NCBI GenBank assembly: GCA_002011125.2
Contig: MTMF02000009.1
Span: forward strand, 1,160,989-1,224,988
Origin: Candidatus Hydrothermarchaeum profundi
GTDB lineage: Archaea > Hydrothermarchaeota > Hydrothermarchaeia > Hydrothermarchaeales > Hydrothermarchaeaceae
DNA length: 64,000 nt
Direction of reading: 5' to 3'
The notes beneath the pieces are model-generated. The model had not been told where the DNA came from. It was given only the letters and a program-made list of their open reading frames with translations, and searched no databases. Of this stretch, positions 38,869 to 49,265 are shown piece after piece. How positions within the stretch are numbered: the stretch's first letter is position 1; every line of letters starts with the position of its first letter. The position numbers and the translations under genes were made by a program.

Positions 38869-40440
38869 TTACATTCTAACCGTTTTAACAGCTTTTATTC
38901 CATCGATCTTACATATGGCGTCAGAGACTTCTGGAGGGACCTCATGATCTACAGTTAGAACCATAAGTTGCAGACCGCCTACTTCTTTTCGTCCTACTTG
39001 CATAGACCCAATATTAATTTTATGGTCTCCGAGGGTTGAGGCCACCTTTCCTATCATGCCTGGTTTATCTTCATGTAATACTATAAGAATCTCGCCTTTG
39101 GGAGCGAGGTCTATTTCATATCCATCGATTCCAATTATCCGTGGTTTTTCACCGAGTAGTGTTCCATCGACTATTGTTTCATCTTCTGTGGTCTTCACAT
39201 TTAATATCACCATGTTCCTATAGTCTCCTGAGTCCTCTCTCTTACCTTCTGTGATTCTAATTCCCCGGTTCTTTGCAAGGATGCCAGCATTGAACATATT
39301 TACTCCTCCCGTTAGAATCGGTTCTAATATCCCTTTCAATATGGAGTTCGTGAGCGCAGTAAATTCGAGATTTAATAATTCGCCACAATAGGTTATAGAG
39401 ATATCAGTGATTCTGCCCTTGGTTAGCTGAACTGTGAATCTACCTAGGTTCTCTGCTAGGGGTAGATAACTCGAAATCTCTTTTAATACCTCTGGGGGAA
39501 TAGCTGGCATATTGACGGAATATTTTGGTGGTTCATTTCTAAGCACCTTAAGTACCTCTCTGCAGGCCACGACAGATGCAAATATTTGAGCTTCTTGGGT
39601 GCTAGCCCCGAGATGGGGCGTTACTACTATATTATCGAGGGTAAGTAGGGGGTTATCGATAGGTGGTTCTTTTTCAAAGACATCGAGCGCTGCTCCAGCA
39701 AGCTTCCCAGATTTTAAGCCCTCGTACAGGGCTTTTTCGTCTACGATTCCTCCTCGAGCACAGTTTATTAAATATGCGCCGTCTTTCATTTTTTGAATCT
39801 CTTTTTTACCTATTAGTCCTTTAGTTTTATCTGTTAAAGGAATGTGGAGGGTTATGAAGTCTGATTTACTCAATAATTCGTCAAGGCTTACAATCTTAAC
39901 AGTCAGATTCTTGGCATGTTTCTCAGTAACATAGGGATCGTAGGCTATTACTTCCATTTCAAAGGCTTTCGCCTTCTTGGCCACTTGGGAGCCTATTCTG
40001 CCTAAACCTATTACTCCTAGGGTTTTTCCTCTTATCTCGATTCCAAGGAATTTCTTCTTTTCCCATTTATTCGCTTTTAATGATGAATGCGCGAAAGGTA
40101 TCCTTCTTGCTAAGGAAAGGATTAACCCCATCGTATGCTCAGCCACAGTAATAGAAGAAGCTTCTGGAGCATTTACTACGACAATCCCATGTTTTGTGGC
40201 TGCTTCTAGGTCTATATTATCAACGCCCACTCCTGCCCTGCCTATCACTTTTAGCCTCTCTGCCGCTTCAATAACATCTGCGGTTACCTTAGTTGCACTC
40301 CTCACTAGAAGGGCATCTTTGTTTTTTATTTTTTCTATCAGCTCTTCTTTACTGAGGCCTGTTGCTACTTCTACTTCAGCTTCTGTTTCCAATATTTCTA
40401 TTCCTGCTTTGTGTATATTGTCGGATACTAGGATTTTCAT
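38869..40440 (-). CDS. serA: D-3-phosphoglycerate dehydrogenase (with ASB and ACT domains)
   Basis: GRAGVGVDNID, GLGRIG, NCARGG, DVF..EP, TPHLGAST, ACT motif DKPGMIG. Confidence 0.95.
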   Translation of the reverse strand: MKILVSDNIHKAGIEILETEAEVEVATGLSKEELIEKIKNKDALLVRSATKVTADVIEAAERLKVIGRAGVGVDNIDLEAATKHGIVVVNAPEASSITVAEHTMGLILSLARRIPFAHSSLKANKWEKKKFLGIEIRGKTLGVIGLGRIGSQVAKKAKAFEMEVIAYDPYVTEKHAKNLTVKIVSLDELLSKSDFITLHIPLTDKTKGLIGKKEIQKMKDGAYLINCARGGIVDEKALYEGLKSGKLAGAALDVFEKEPPIDNPLLTLDNIVVTPHLGASTQEAQIFASVVACREVLKVLRNEPPKYSVNMPAIPPEVLKEISSYLPLAENLGRFTVQLTKGRITDISITYCGELLNLEFTALTNSILKGILEPILTGGVNMFNAGILAKNRGIRITEGKREDSGDYRNMVILNVKTTEDETIVDGTLLGEKPRIIGIDGYEIDLAPKGEILIVLHEDKPGMIGKVASTLGDHKINIGSMQVGRKEVGGLQLMVLTVDHEVPPEVSDAICKIDGIKAVKTVRM

Positions 40441-40490
40441 AGCATTCCATCCAAAAAGTAAGTAAGAAAATTTCCTTTTAATATTTATAG

Positions 40491-41690
40491 TTATCTCGTT
40501 AGTATCTTGATTATATCTCCATTTTTAAGCTCTTTATCTCCTGCTATCTTTCTCTTTGTTCTAGCGTCTATAGCTCCTATAAATCCTTCTCCAATCTCAC
40601 TATGTATTTTAAAGGCGAGATCACGTGGTGTGGAGCCTTTCTCCATAATATAAGCATCTGGCAGGACGTTTCCCTCTTTATCTGAAAACTTGTTTTCATC
40701 TTCTACAGGAAATACTACTATTCTCTCAAGTAGGTCAAATACAGCTTTGTTTATACATTCTTGAACTCCTGTCCCACCGAATCTTCCGAACACATTCTTA
40801 TCTATTATCTCTAGTGCCTTGCGATGCTTATCTGTAATCTTGGTTTCATCGACTATTTTATAATTTGAATCACCTGGCAGATATCTTATGGCTCCAGATC
40901 CCGCCAAGCTTACCAGTATATTCTCAGCCATAGAGCTGGTGGGTACAACAATATCATGGGGGAAGTCATTCTTAAGCTTAGCGATGTTTTGTTCAGTTAT
41001 CCCTATATCTGTTTTATTAGCTGCGATTATCATAGGTTTGGATAGTTTCCTTAAAATCCTCGTGAAAGTGAAGAGATCAGAATCGCTCCATTCTGCAGGC
41101 TTATCGGGATTTACATCTGCCGTCCGCACCGCTTCAACTATGTCTTTTTCTCTAAATCCCAGCCCAGCGAATACGTCTCCTAAATATTTCATAAAATCCC
41201 TTCCTTCGATCTGCGCTCTCCTCGCTATCTTATCCCAGTTACGCTTAAAAATGTTGAAAAACCAAAGTTCAATCTCTTCTTCTAAAAAATGCACATCCTC
41301 AGAGGGGTCATGAGAACTCGGTGGAATAGGGTTTCCTTCAAAGTCCGTTCCACCAGAGGCGTCTACTACGTGTATTAGAGCACTAGCTTGTCTGAGGTCG
41401 TCCAGAAACTTATTCCCGAGCCCTCTACCTTCATGGGCTTTAGGAACAAGTCCGGCAACATCTATCATCTCAACCGGTACAAACCTGTTTCCTTCTATAC
41501 ACTTAGAGTTTTTTGGATTACATTTAGTTCCAAGCTCTTGCTCAGGGCACGGGATTCTTATAAATCCTATTGCTTTATTGGCATCAACGGTTGTGAAAGG
41601 ATATCCCGCTACTGTTGCGCCACTCAGAGTAGAGGCATTAAAAAAAGTACTTTTCCCTACATTGGGTTTCCCTATTACTCCTATCTCCAT
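40491..41690 (-). CDS. ychF: YchF/OLA1-family (Obg-like) NTPase with TGS domain
   Basis: GKPNVGKST, YPFTT, DVAGL, GLGNKFL, NKTD. Confidence 0.9.
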   Translation of the reverse strand: MEIGVIGKPNVGKSTFFNASTLSGATVAGYPFTTVDANKAIGFIRIPCPEQELGTKCNPKNSKCIEGNRFVPVEMIDVAGLVPKAHEGRGLGNKFLDDLRQASALIHVVDASGGTDFEGNPIPPSSHDPSEDVHFLEEEIELWFFNIFKRNWDKIARRAQIEGRDFMKYLGDVFAGLGFREKDIVEAVRTADVNPDKPAEWSDSDLFTFTRILRKLSKPMIIAANKTDIGITEQNIAKLKNDFPHDIVVPTSSMAENILVSLAGSGAIRYLPGDSNYKIVDETKITDKHRKALEIIDKNVFGRFGGTGVQECINKAVFDLLERIVVFPVEDENKFSDKEGNVLPDAYIMEKGSTPRDLAFKIHSEIGEGFIGAIDARTKRKIAGDKELKNGDIIKILTR

Positions 41691-41795
41691 GATTTTACTT
41701 TATAGCCTCGTACTATTTAATATTGATGAAAATGGTACAAGAAAAAATTAAGGTTCAGATAAAAAATTTTATAATTTCTAGAGGGATAGATACAG

Positions 41796-42320
41796 ATGAG
41801 ACTTTTGATGTTGCTATTTTTAATTCTGTTGGTGGGATGTACTTCACAACCTATGGGTACTCTTGTTATTGAGGTAAATAGCGAGGCCAAGGGGATAGCT
41901 CTACTATATGTAGCATTTTCTGAAATCGAACTCAGGAAAGTTGGAGAAACTGATGAGTGGATTAAGATAAGCGATAAGCCTAATCTAATAAGTTTTGTTT
42001 CAAGTAACGAGTCCCAAACAATTTTACAAACAGAGTTAACCCCTGCGATGTATTCTCATATTAGACTAAAGCTTGATTCAGCAACTGCAGTAATAGGAGA
42101 TAGGAATGTACTTTTAGAAATCCCTAAAGGAGGTTTGCAGTATATTATTTTAAATAAGCCATTTGAAATTAAAAAAGGTGAAACAACTTTAATAACACTT
42201 GCTCCTTTTAAAAACATGAGCTATATAGAAGCTGATGATAGAAGTGTTCTACTGGGTTGTGGGGTTTCTCCAACAGTTTATAGGCTAACTCCTATTTTTC
42301 CAAATACTACAATTAAATAA
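41796..42320 (+). CDS. DUF4382-like lipoprotein
   Basis: Lipobox LVGC after hydrophobic stretch; YSHIRL, FEIKKGETT. Confidence 0.65.
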   Translation: MRLLMLLFLILLVGCTSQPMGTLVIEVNSEAKGIALLYVAFSEIELRKVGETDEWIKISDKPNLISFVSSNESQTILQTELTPAMYSHIRLKLDSATAVIGDRNVLLEIPKGGLQYIILNKPFEIKKGETTLITLAPFKNMSYIEADDRSVLLGCGVSPTVYRLTPIFPNTTIK

Positions 42321-42367
42321 TAATTTTTACATCCAATAGAGATAGTTTTTAGTGAAGGCTGTGGTAA

Positions 42368-43615
42368 TCAAAATTGTTTGAGAATATAGATTATTAGGAA
42401 TATTGATAGTAGTCCAACGAATGTAAAGCTCAAGGTAGAGGCGATAGCGGCACCTACTATTCCAAGTTTTGGTATTAGTATTATATTCAAAACTACATCA
42501 ATCCCTGCCGTTATTCCTAAGAGTCTCATGGGGACCTTTGGTTTTCCTAATCCCTGAAGTATACCTGAGTTGACTGTAAAAATACCGAGGAAAGCGGTTC
42601 CTAAAACTAGTATCCTAAAAGGCACTGCAGCTTCTATGTAAGTGGCACCGAAAAGAAGGGATATTATTTTCTCTGAAAATATGATGGATAATGTTGTAGC
42701 GGGTATTAGCACAGCAAGGGAAATTTTGTAGGAATAGATAATGCTCATTCTAATTTTTTTTAGGTTTCTCTTATGTCTTAACTCTGATATAGAAGGTATT
42801 AGAGTTGCATATAGTGCAACTGAGAATGCAAGCACTAGTCTCGATGTGGGTGAAGCAGCAGAGTATAATCCGACATCATGTGGTGTAAGGAAGTATCCTA
42901 ATAGTAGGATATCAATATAAGCTAAAACAAAAGATGAGATAGAGGTAGCACTTACTGGTAAGGAAAAAAAGAAAACTTCTTTAAAAACTTTAAAATCTGG
43001 ATTGCCTAATCTCTGGTCTAACCTCCAGAATAGAATGAAAGCTAATGGCACAGCTACAATAAATCCTAGTGTAGAGCCAAGTATAGCGGATGTAGCAGTG
43101 GCGCTTATCACGGTGAATATTACCGCTAACGCGATTCTCGCTATTTGCTGAAATATGAGAACGGCGGCCATGTAGTTCATCCGCATAAATCCTTGAAATA
43201 CTCCGGTATAAACTGAGATAAGGAATCCAAAGGGCATTGCTAGCGCTGATATCTTAAAAGGGAAGATGACTTCCTTTGTTCCAAAGAAGTAGACCCCTAT
43301 AGGCTTAGATAATATAAAAAAAACAGTACCTAGCGCGAGGCCTATTATAGAATAATATACTAAGGATGAGGATATAACCAGCTTCAGAGCTTTTTCATCT
43401 TCTTTTTTTTCAGCAACAAATTTTGCAATAGACGGCGCTATCCCAGAAGACGCTAAAATAATCACCAAGTACTGGATAGGGAGAGCCATATTAAGGATGC
43501 CAAATTCGGTTGTTGATAGCATTCTCCCCATGAGAATTCGGTAAATGTAGCCTGAGACTCTTACAGCCAAGTTACTGGCAGTTAGTATGATACTTCCCTT
43601 TAGGAGTGCTTTCAT
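42368..43615 (-). CDS. Wzx/MATE-like oligosaccharide flippase
   Basis: About 12 TM segments; IDILLLGYF...VGLYSAA, LQGLGK, LNIILIP..GIVGAAIA. Confidence 0.88.
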   Translation of the reverse strand: MKALLKGSIILTASNLAVRVSGYIYRILMGRMLSTTEFGILNMALPIQYLVIILASSGIAPSIAKFVAEKKEDEKALKLVISSSLVYYSIIGLALGTVFFILSKPIGVYFFGTKEVIFPFKISALAMPFGFLISVYTGVFQGFMRMNYMAAVLIFQQIARIALAVIFTVISATATSAILGSTLGFIVAVPLAFILFWRLDQRLGNPDFKVFKEVFFFSLPVSATSISSFVLAYIDILLLGYFLTPHDVGLYSAASPTSRLVLAFSVALYATLIPSISELRHKRNLKKIRMSIIYSYKISLAVLIPATTLSIIFSEKIISLLFGATYIEAAVPFRILVLGTAFLGIFTVNSGILQGLGKPKVPMRLLGITAGIDVVLNIILIPKLGIVGAAIASTLSFTFVGLLSIFLIIYILKQF

Positions 43616-44124
43616 GGGATAGGCGTCTAAATACTAGACTTAAAATCCTTTTGGTTTTGACACAAGAATAACATTTCTTTATTTTATTAGGATCTTGGGT
43701 CTCCCCGACTCAGCATAAGGAAGGGTCATGCATCTTATCTATAAAGAGTCTTTATACTACCGCAGAGGCGGTACTAGGGATTTTACTTGTGACCGAAGAT
43801 ATATCTAGACGAACGCTAAGCACCTTCTAATCCGTAAAATCTTTTATTGTATTACAAGTCTTCCTTGTTTATTCTTTTTTAGGTTCTATGGCGTATGAGA
43901 TTTTAATCACTCTATTTTATAGAAGATTATTCATATTACTCTTATTCCGGAGTATTTTAGTCTTCTCATAAAGGATAATTGAACATTGAACTCAGAGTCT
44001 AACATTAACTAAGATTGGCTCATTGCGCTTTTATTATCCGCTTCTCTACTAAACCATAATACTTAAGTTATTTAAGGTTAAATATCATCCTCAAAACTTT
44101 AGTGACTTTAAAAAGTGATATGAC

Positions 44125-46206
44125 ATGGATTATCAATTTAGAAATAAACTCTCTGCTGAGGAACTGAAAAAGAACAAAATCATACCTATATTATTCGGAA
44201 TTTTCTTCGTTGGATTTTCCATCAGATACATAACACATCATGATCTGTTATTTGACCCGGACTCTTATCTCTGGTACAGAATGGCGAATTACTATGCGGG
44301 TATAAATACAGAGCATATTATAGAAAAAGGGGGGAATCTAATCGATACTCTCGCCTATTATCCCACAGGCAGAAATCTAGATAAAGAACTATTCCTGCTC
44401 CCCTGGGTCATTGGGTACTCCTATAAGCTATTATCCTTTGTAGGATTAGCTAATATGGATATGATGGATTACATGTTTATTTTTGGACCTTTTTTCGGAG
44501 GATTGACGGCAGTAGCAGGTTTTTTTGTGATGAGAGAACTTACAAATGTAAGAGTAGCAGCATTTTCCTCTACTTTCTACGCTTTTTCATCTAATGCTTT
44601 TACGAGGAATACGGCGGGGGATACAGGTCAAGAAAGTCTTGGTACTTTCCTTATATTTATGTGGATATACTTTTTTATAAAGGCTGCAAAGGAAGAACCC
44701 CTTAGTAGGAAACAGATATATTACTCATTAGCCGGAGGCATCATTCTTGCTCTAGCTAATTCAACTTGGGGCGGGAATTTCTTTTATTATGGTATGGTAT
44801 TAGCTTCTGTGTTTTTTTACACTTTATTAGGTATTTTAAGGGAAGACAATTATAAAACTGAGAAGGTATTGGTACCCTTTAGTATAGTCTATGTTACAGG
44901 AGCGGTATTTTCATATTTGCTGATACCCTATAGGTATCCATTAAAGGCATTCTATACCAACCCACCTAATATGATGGTTACTTTTATGGTGCTTCTTTCT
45001 CTGGCGCTGGTTGTTAATTTTAGGCGAAAGCTAGGTATAAGGCCTATTTATATCGTAGCTGGTTTATTTACCATATCACTTGCAATAGCTTATACTATGG
45101 GCAAGCTTGACCATGTTATAGAATTCTTTCAGGGATTCATTCATGGCAAAAAAAGCTTGACTGGTGAAACAGTCGCCTATTACAGAATGGTTGGCTGGGA
45201 CGAGTTCAAAAACACTTATGGAGTGATTCTAATAGGGTTAGTCTTTGCTCCTCTGCTATTAGCTTATGAGTATTGGAAGGATGGAGATTTTAGGTGGGTA
45301 TTCCTCTTCATGTGGCTTATACTTGGTGCGGTTGCTTTTAGATGGATGGTTAGACTCTCCTTCTTATTAGCTTTGATTTTGCCCACTGTTACTTTTTTGC
45401 TAGCAGACAGGTTTACATTAGGAAAAGAGGTCTCATTTAGCGGTAAAAAAAAGGCAGAGAAATCCTTGGTAAACCCTGGGAAGTTTAATGCGCTAGTGCT
45501 CATTGCCGTTGTCTTTTTGATAGCAGTTCCTAATCTTAATGATGGAGTCGCAGCTGCGCGTGCACTAAAATTTAGTGATAATGGCGTTAAACCATGGCAA
45601 GATGCAGGGCAATGGATTAAGGAAAATACGCCAGAGAACGCTCTTCTGATTCACTGGTGGGACTATGGATATCATCTCCAGACCTTCGCAGAGAGGAGGA
45701 CTATCGTGGACGGAGGCAATGCTGGTCCTCCAGTTCCGGGAGGTAATGTTAATAGGAATGTTGATGTAGCTAAAATGTTCACTTCAACTGAAGATTATTT
45801 TCCAAAATTTTTAGAGATATATAATCCTGAAGATTTGCCAGTCTATGTATTAGTTAGTGTAGAAGAATTTGGAAAAAGTGGTGCAATAAACTTCCACGCT
45901 GGAGATGAATTATTTATAACAAGTTTTACCGTACCCGCATCAGGCAATCAAGATCAGGATCAGAGGACTATTGGCGATATTCTCAAGAGAAATCAACTTA
46001 GTACTTATCATATTATCAATTATGGAAGCTATTATCAGATTTGGACTCAGATATTGCGTGATAATCAAGGAAACTACCATCCCGAGTGGAGCGAGAAGTT
46101 GCTGGCAAAGTTGTTGCCTTTCAATACCGGTTACGGACAAGGGTTAAAACATTTTCAATTGGTATATCAGAATGGATGGGTGTATATATACAGGTATTTA
46201 TCTTAA
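44125..46206 (+). CDS. aglB: STT3/AglB-family oligosaccharyltransferase (divergent)
   Basis: Multi-TM N-terminal half, DPDSY..YR, WWDYG, RRTIVDG. Confidence 0.82.
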   Translation: MDYQFRNKLSAEELKKNKIIPILFGIFFVGFSIRYITHHDLLFDPDSYLWYRMANYYAGINTEHIIEKGGNLIDTLAYYPTGRNLDKELFLLPWVIGYSYKLLSFVGLANMDMMDYMFIFGPFFGGLTAVAGFFVMRELTNVRVAAFSSTFYAFSSNAFTRNTAGDTGQESLGTFLIFMWIYFFIKAAKEEPLSRKQIYYSLAGGIILALANSTWGGNFFYYGMVLASVFFYTLLGILREDNYKTEKVLVPFSIVYVTGAVFSYLLIPYRYPLKAFYTNPPNMMVTFMVLLSLALVVNFRRKLGIRPIYIVAGLFTISLAIAYTMGKLDHVIEFFQGFIHGKKSLTGETVAYYRMVGWDEFKNTYGVILIGLVFAPLLLAYEYWKDGDFRWVFLFMWLILGAVAFRWMVRLSFLLALILPTVTFLLADRFTLGKEVSFSGKKKAEKSLVNPGKFNALVLIAVVFLIAVPNLNDGVAAARALKFSDNGVKPWQDAGQWIKENTPENALLIHWWDYGYHLQTFAERRTIVDGGNAGPPVPGGNVNRNVDVAKMFTSTEDYFPKFLEIYNPEDLPVYVLVSVEEFGKSGAINFHAGDELFITSFTVPASGNQDQDQRTIGDILKRNQLSTYHIINYGSYYQIWTQILRDNQGNYHPEWSEKLLAKLLPFNTGYGQGLKHFQLVYQNGWVYIYRYLS

Positions 46207-46845
46207 TGGGTTTAGCTTTTTATCTCTTATTTTACCGTTTATTGGTATTCTCAAAATAAACAGGCGGCACTATAGTGATTTGTTTTTGATGGTATGGTTA
46301 TTTTTACCTCTCCTGTTTTTTTATGTTTATAACAACCCAAAAGCATCCCAGATTTTCTAATTATTGTGCCAGCGATAATTCTGTTAACAAGTAAAGCATC
46401 CATTACTGCTAAATCTAAGAAAGTTTTTATCATCCTTATTATAGCTTCTCTTTCTGGAATTTTATTTTCTCTTGATTCTATAGCCCTAGAACATGACGGT
46501 TATAAGAACGCTGGATTATTTTTAAAAAATATGCAAAAGAAGGTGATATTATATTTCATACTCTACAAGGTCCTCATTTACTCTTCTACTATCCTAAGGG
46601 AAATTGGCGGGATCCTGATAAATATTCAACGGGTGAAAATGTAACAATTGTTGTTTTAGATCATCATAAGTATTTGGGGATGTATTGAGATATATCCGTG
46701 TAAATAATATAGGAGATAATTTAAAACCAGTTGCAATATTTAGAGATGAAATGTATTTTTATAGATTTAGTGATTTATTTAACTCCAGCGATTTTAATAT
46801 TAAAATATACAGGATCCCTATAACAGATAGGATTGAATACTTGAT
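46206..46845 (+). pseudogene. Frameshifted remnant of a membrane protein, probably the C-terminal part of a GT-C/ArnT-like glycosyltransferase
   Basis: Consecutive fragments in different frames: WLFLPLLFF, LIIVPAIILL, GYKNAGLFLK, KEGDIIF. Confidence 0.4.
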
Positions 46846-46943
46846 TTATTGATTTTTGCACTTGGAATAAGTAGAAGTCTAATGCATTTAATTTTCTTAT
46901 TTTTGTTTTCGAAATAGTTTAATTTTTTTTATGTGTAGGGATG

Positions 46944-47691
46944 CCTGTCCAAATAGAAGGGTAAGCTATAAATCAGCTAGTAGCTAAGCTTCTCTTATGC
47001 ATGAGGTTTGATGTTCGAAGCTGCATGCTGAGCTTGGGCATCTTTCAGAGGAAGAAGATTTTCCCTTGGAGCTAAAAGTTTTTGGGGATCGTGAACTACA
47101 TATTTTTTATGACCTGTTTTCACAGGACAGTTAAGGTGTTATCTCTTTTTAAAAACGAGCAAGGGTGCAGTACACTACTGAATGGCCGGATTCAAGGGAG
47201 AAGGCTTAGGGCTAGGGATTGAGGCCAAAATCGAGAAGACGATAGCTTTGAACAAGACGATGATAAAAGTGAATGGGAGGCCTTCTACCTCTATGCAGCT
47301 CTGGACGTAGAGAAGAACGGGATAGTGTGGATGCGCGATATGCTGTGAGGAACTACCTCACGGCATTGGGCTTTATTAAGACGGTGCTACGATACTGCGA
47401 GAACAAGCCTTGTTTCGTCGTAGATATGGCCCTGGTATACTGGAGTCTTCCGGAGGCTTGATGTAAGGCATGAGCACGAGACCTTCGGCGAGAGGAACAA
47501 GGCCGAAGCCGCCTTCTCCTCTTATAAGTAGCGAGCAGGGTCTACTTCAATAACCTCGACATCAACTTCAGGGAGTAGCTGAAGAAAGAGGATAGGAGGC
47601 TATGATGAAGGCAAGCACTGTGACATGCCAATTTCTTCGCCTTCACTTTCATAATGCTACAATCAACTGAGGTAGTGCTTATCTGGACAGG
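46944..47691 (+). mobile_element. Degenerate IS6-family insertion sequence
   Basis: Terminal inverted repeats CCTGTCCAAATA / TATCTGGACAGG (11 of 12 match), 748 bp; broken transposase fragments KTMIKVNG, YLYAALDVE, FVVD, GPWY, HETFGERNKAEAAFS. Confidence 0.78.
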
Positions 47692-47810
47692 TCTGGAGGG
47701 TTACGTAGTTCTACAAAAGCTACAAATAGTTGAGTTAATAACAAATAATATAATAAAAAAATTTTCCTCAGATAAACGTTTATCAAGATTTACAATAGGA
47801 GGTTGAAGAA

Positions 47811-48573
47811 ATGAGTAGAATTACAACGATTTTTATCTTGTTTTTTTTCTAATTAATGTTGGGGGAGTAGGTGCCTCCTCTTCGTTTTCCAAAAGCAAGT
47901 TCTTTTTTTTGATGATTTCGAAGACGGTGATATATCAGATTGGTATATCCATGGTGGGGGAGTTTCATTTTCAGCCTCAACGGAAGAAGCTTATGAGGGA
48001 TTATATTCTCTCAAGATGCAAAGAACATTAACAAGGGTTGAATCTGGAATTTATAAAGCTTTTCAAGAAAATAACCCAAGTTCATTTAAAATTTTTTTAA
48101 TGATCAGGGACTTAACCGATTCATACATTTATTTTTATCTCGGAGATAACCCCGGTACAGTTCACATGGGTCAAGATTATAGGATAGGTTTTACATGGTA
48201 TGGCGGAAGTCTTTACTACTTCGATACTAATAATGATAGGGTGGCTATTGCTTCTGGTCTTAAGCCGAATACTTGGTATGAGATTACGATTAGGAATATT
48301 GACTATTCTGCAGATACCTATGACATATATCTTGATGGAGAATTAAAGATGGAAAATGCTCCGTTTAGGAGCTCTGAGGGCAATATAACGCATTTACAAA
48401 TAGACTTAGACATGTGGCGAACCAGAACTTTTTATGTAGATTACATACAGTCACCAGTAAGCGATGAAAATAGGGGTCATGGTAATGACCCTGACGGTTC
48501 TGATGAAGAAAATCCAGGACAAGGTTGCGATCACAAAAATGATAACGGAAATAAAAAGCGTTGCTCAACCTAA
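47811..48573 (+). pseudogene. Secreted beta-sandwich (lectin-like) protein interrupted at two T8 tracts
   Basis: AGGAGG RBS and ATG at 47811; one extra T in each of the T8 runs at 47841-47848 and 47903-47910 joins a signal peptide to DDFEDGDISDW... and the 48016 ORF. Confidence 0.6.
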
Positions 48574-49265
48574 AGAATACAATCCCAAAAGTCTATAAAT
48601 GCAAAATAATAGCTACCTGAAAGTAGAGGATATACTCTATGGGACTCATAGCTATTGGGCATAAAAATATAGTGGAGGTAAAAATCCTAAAGGGCAAGTT
48701 TAGATTCTCGTGCATTAACCTATATTGACTATTAAAGGCCAATTTTCGTGCATTAAAAATTCTTGAGGATATATAAAACCTCTTCATTATAGGTTTCTAG
48801 AAGCAGAAGCTTAGTAGAAAAAAACGTAAAGTTAAAAGGGATACCTCAAAAAGGTAGATCTAAATGTTATGTGTACTGAAGAAATTCTTTCTAACGTAAA
48901 AAATTAAAGTTTGTTCTAATCCTATACTCCCGCTGGGTGGTTATTGATCCGCGAGTTATTACAACTTCAAATAGCGATAGAATGCTTGTCATATAAATTT
49001 CATAGGTTCCTATTCCACAAGAGTGTAAGGATTGCTTGAATCATTATGGCAGATGCTCTTGAAATCCATGAAATATCTAATGTTAAATTAATATTGAGTA
49101 ATTTAGCATGCTCTCCCCTCGAATATTAGCCATTAGCTATTAGGTTCAAAATAAGAAATTTTGAGTACTATGTTTTTTCCTCAATAATATTTGGTAAACT
49201 ATGGTATTGCACTGGTTCAGATATTAACTAAAGATGATCCCTATAAATATCTACAGATATGAACT

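Noticed and set aside
48593-49260. 64-aa ORF and AT-rich gap downstream of the FrhB-like gene
   Set aside because: No recognisable motif, and no FrhB C-domain continuation could be read by eye; left unannotated.
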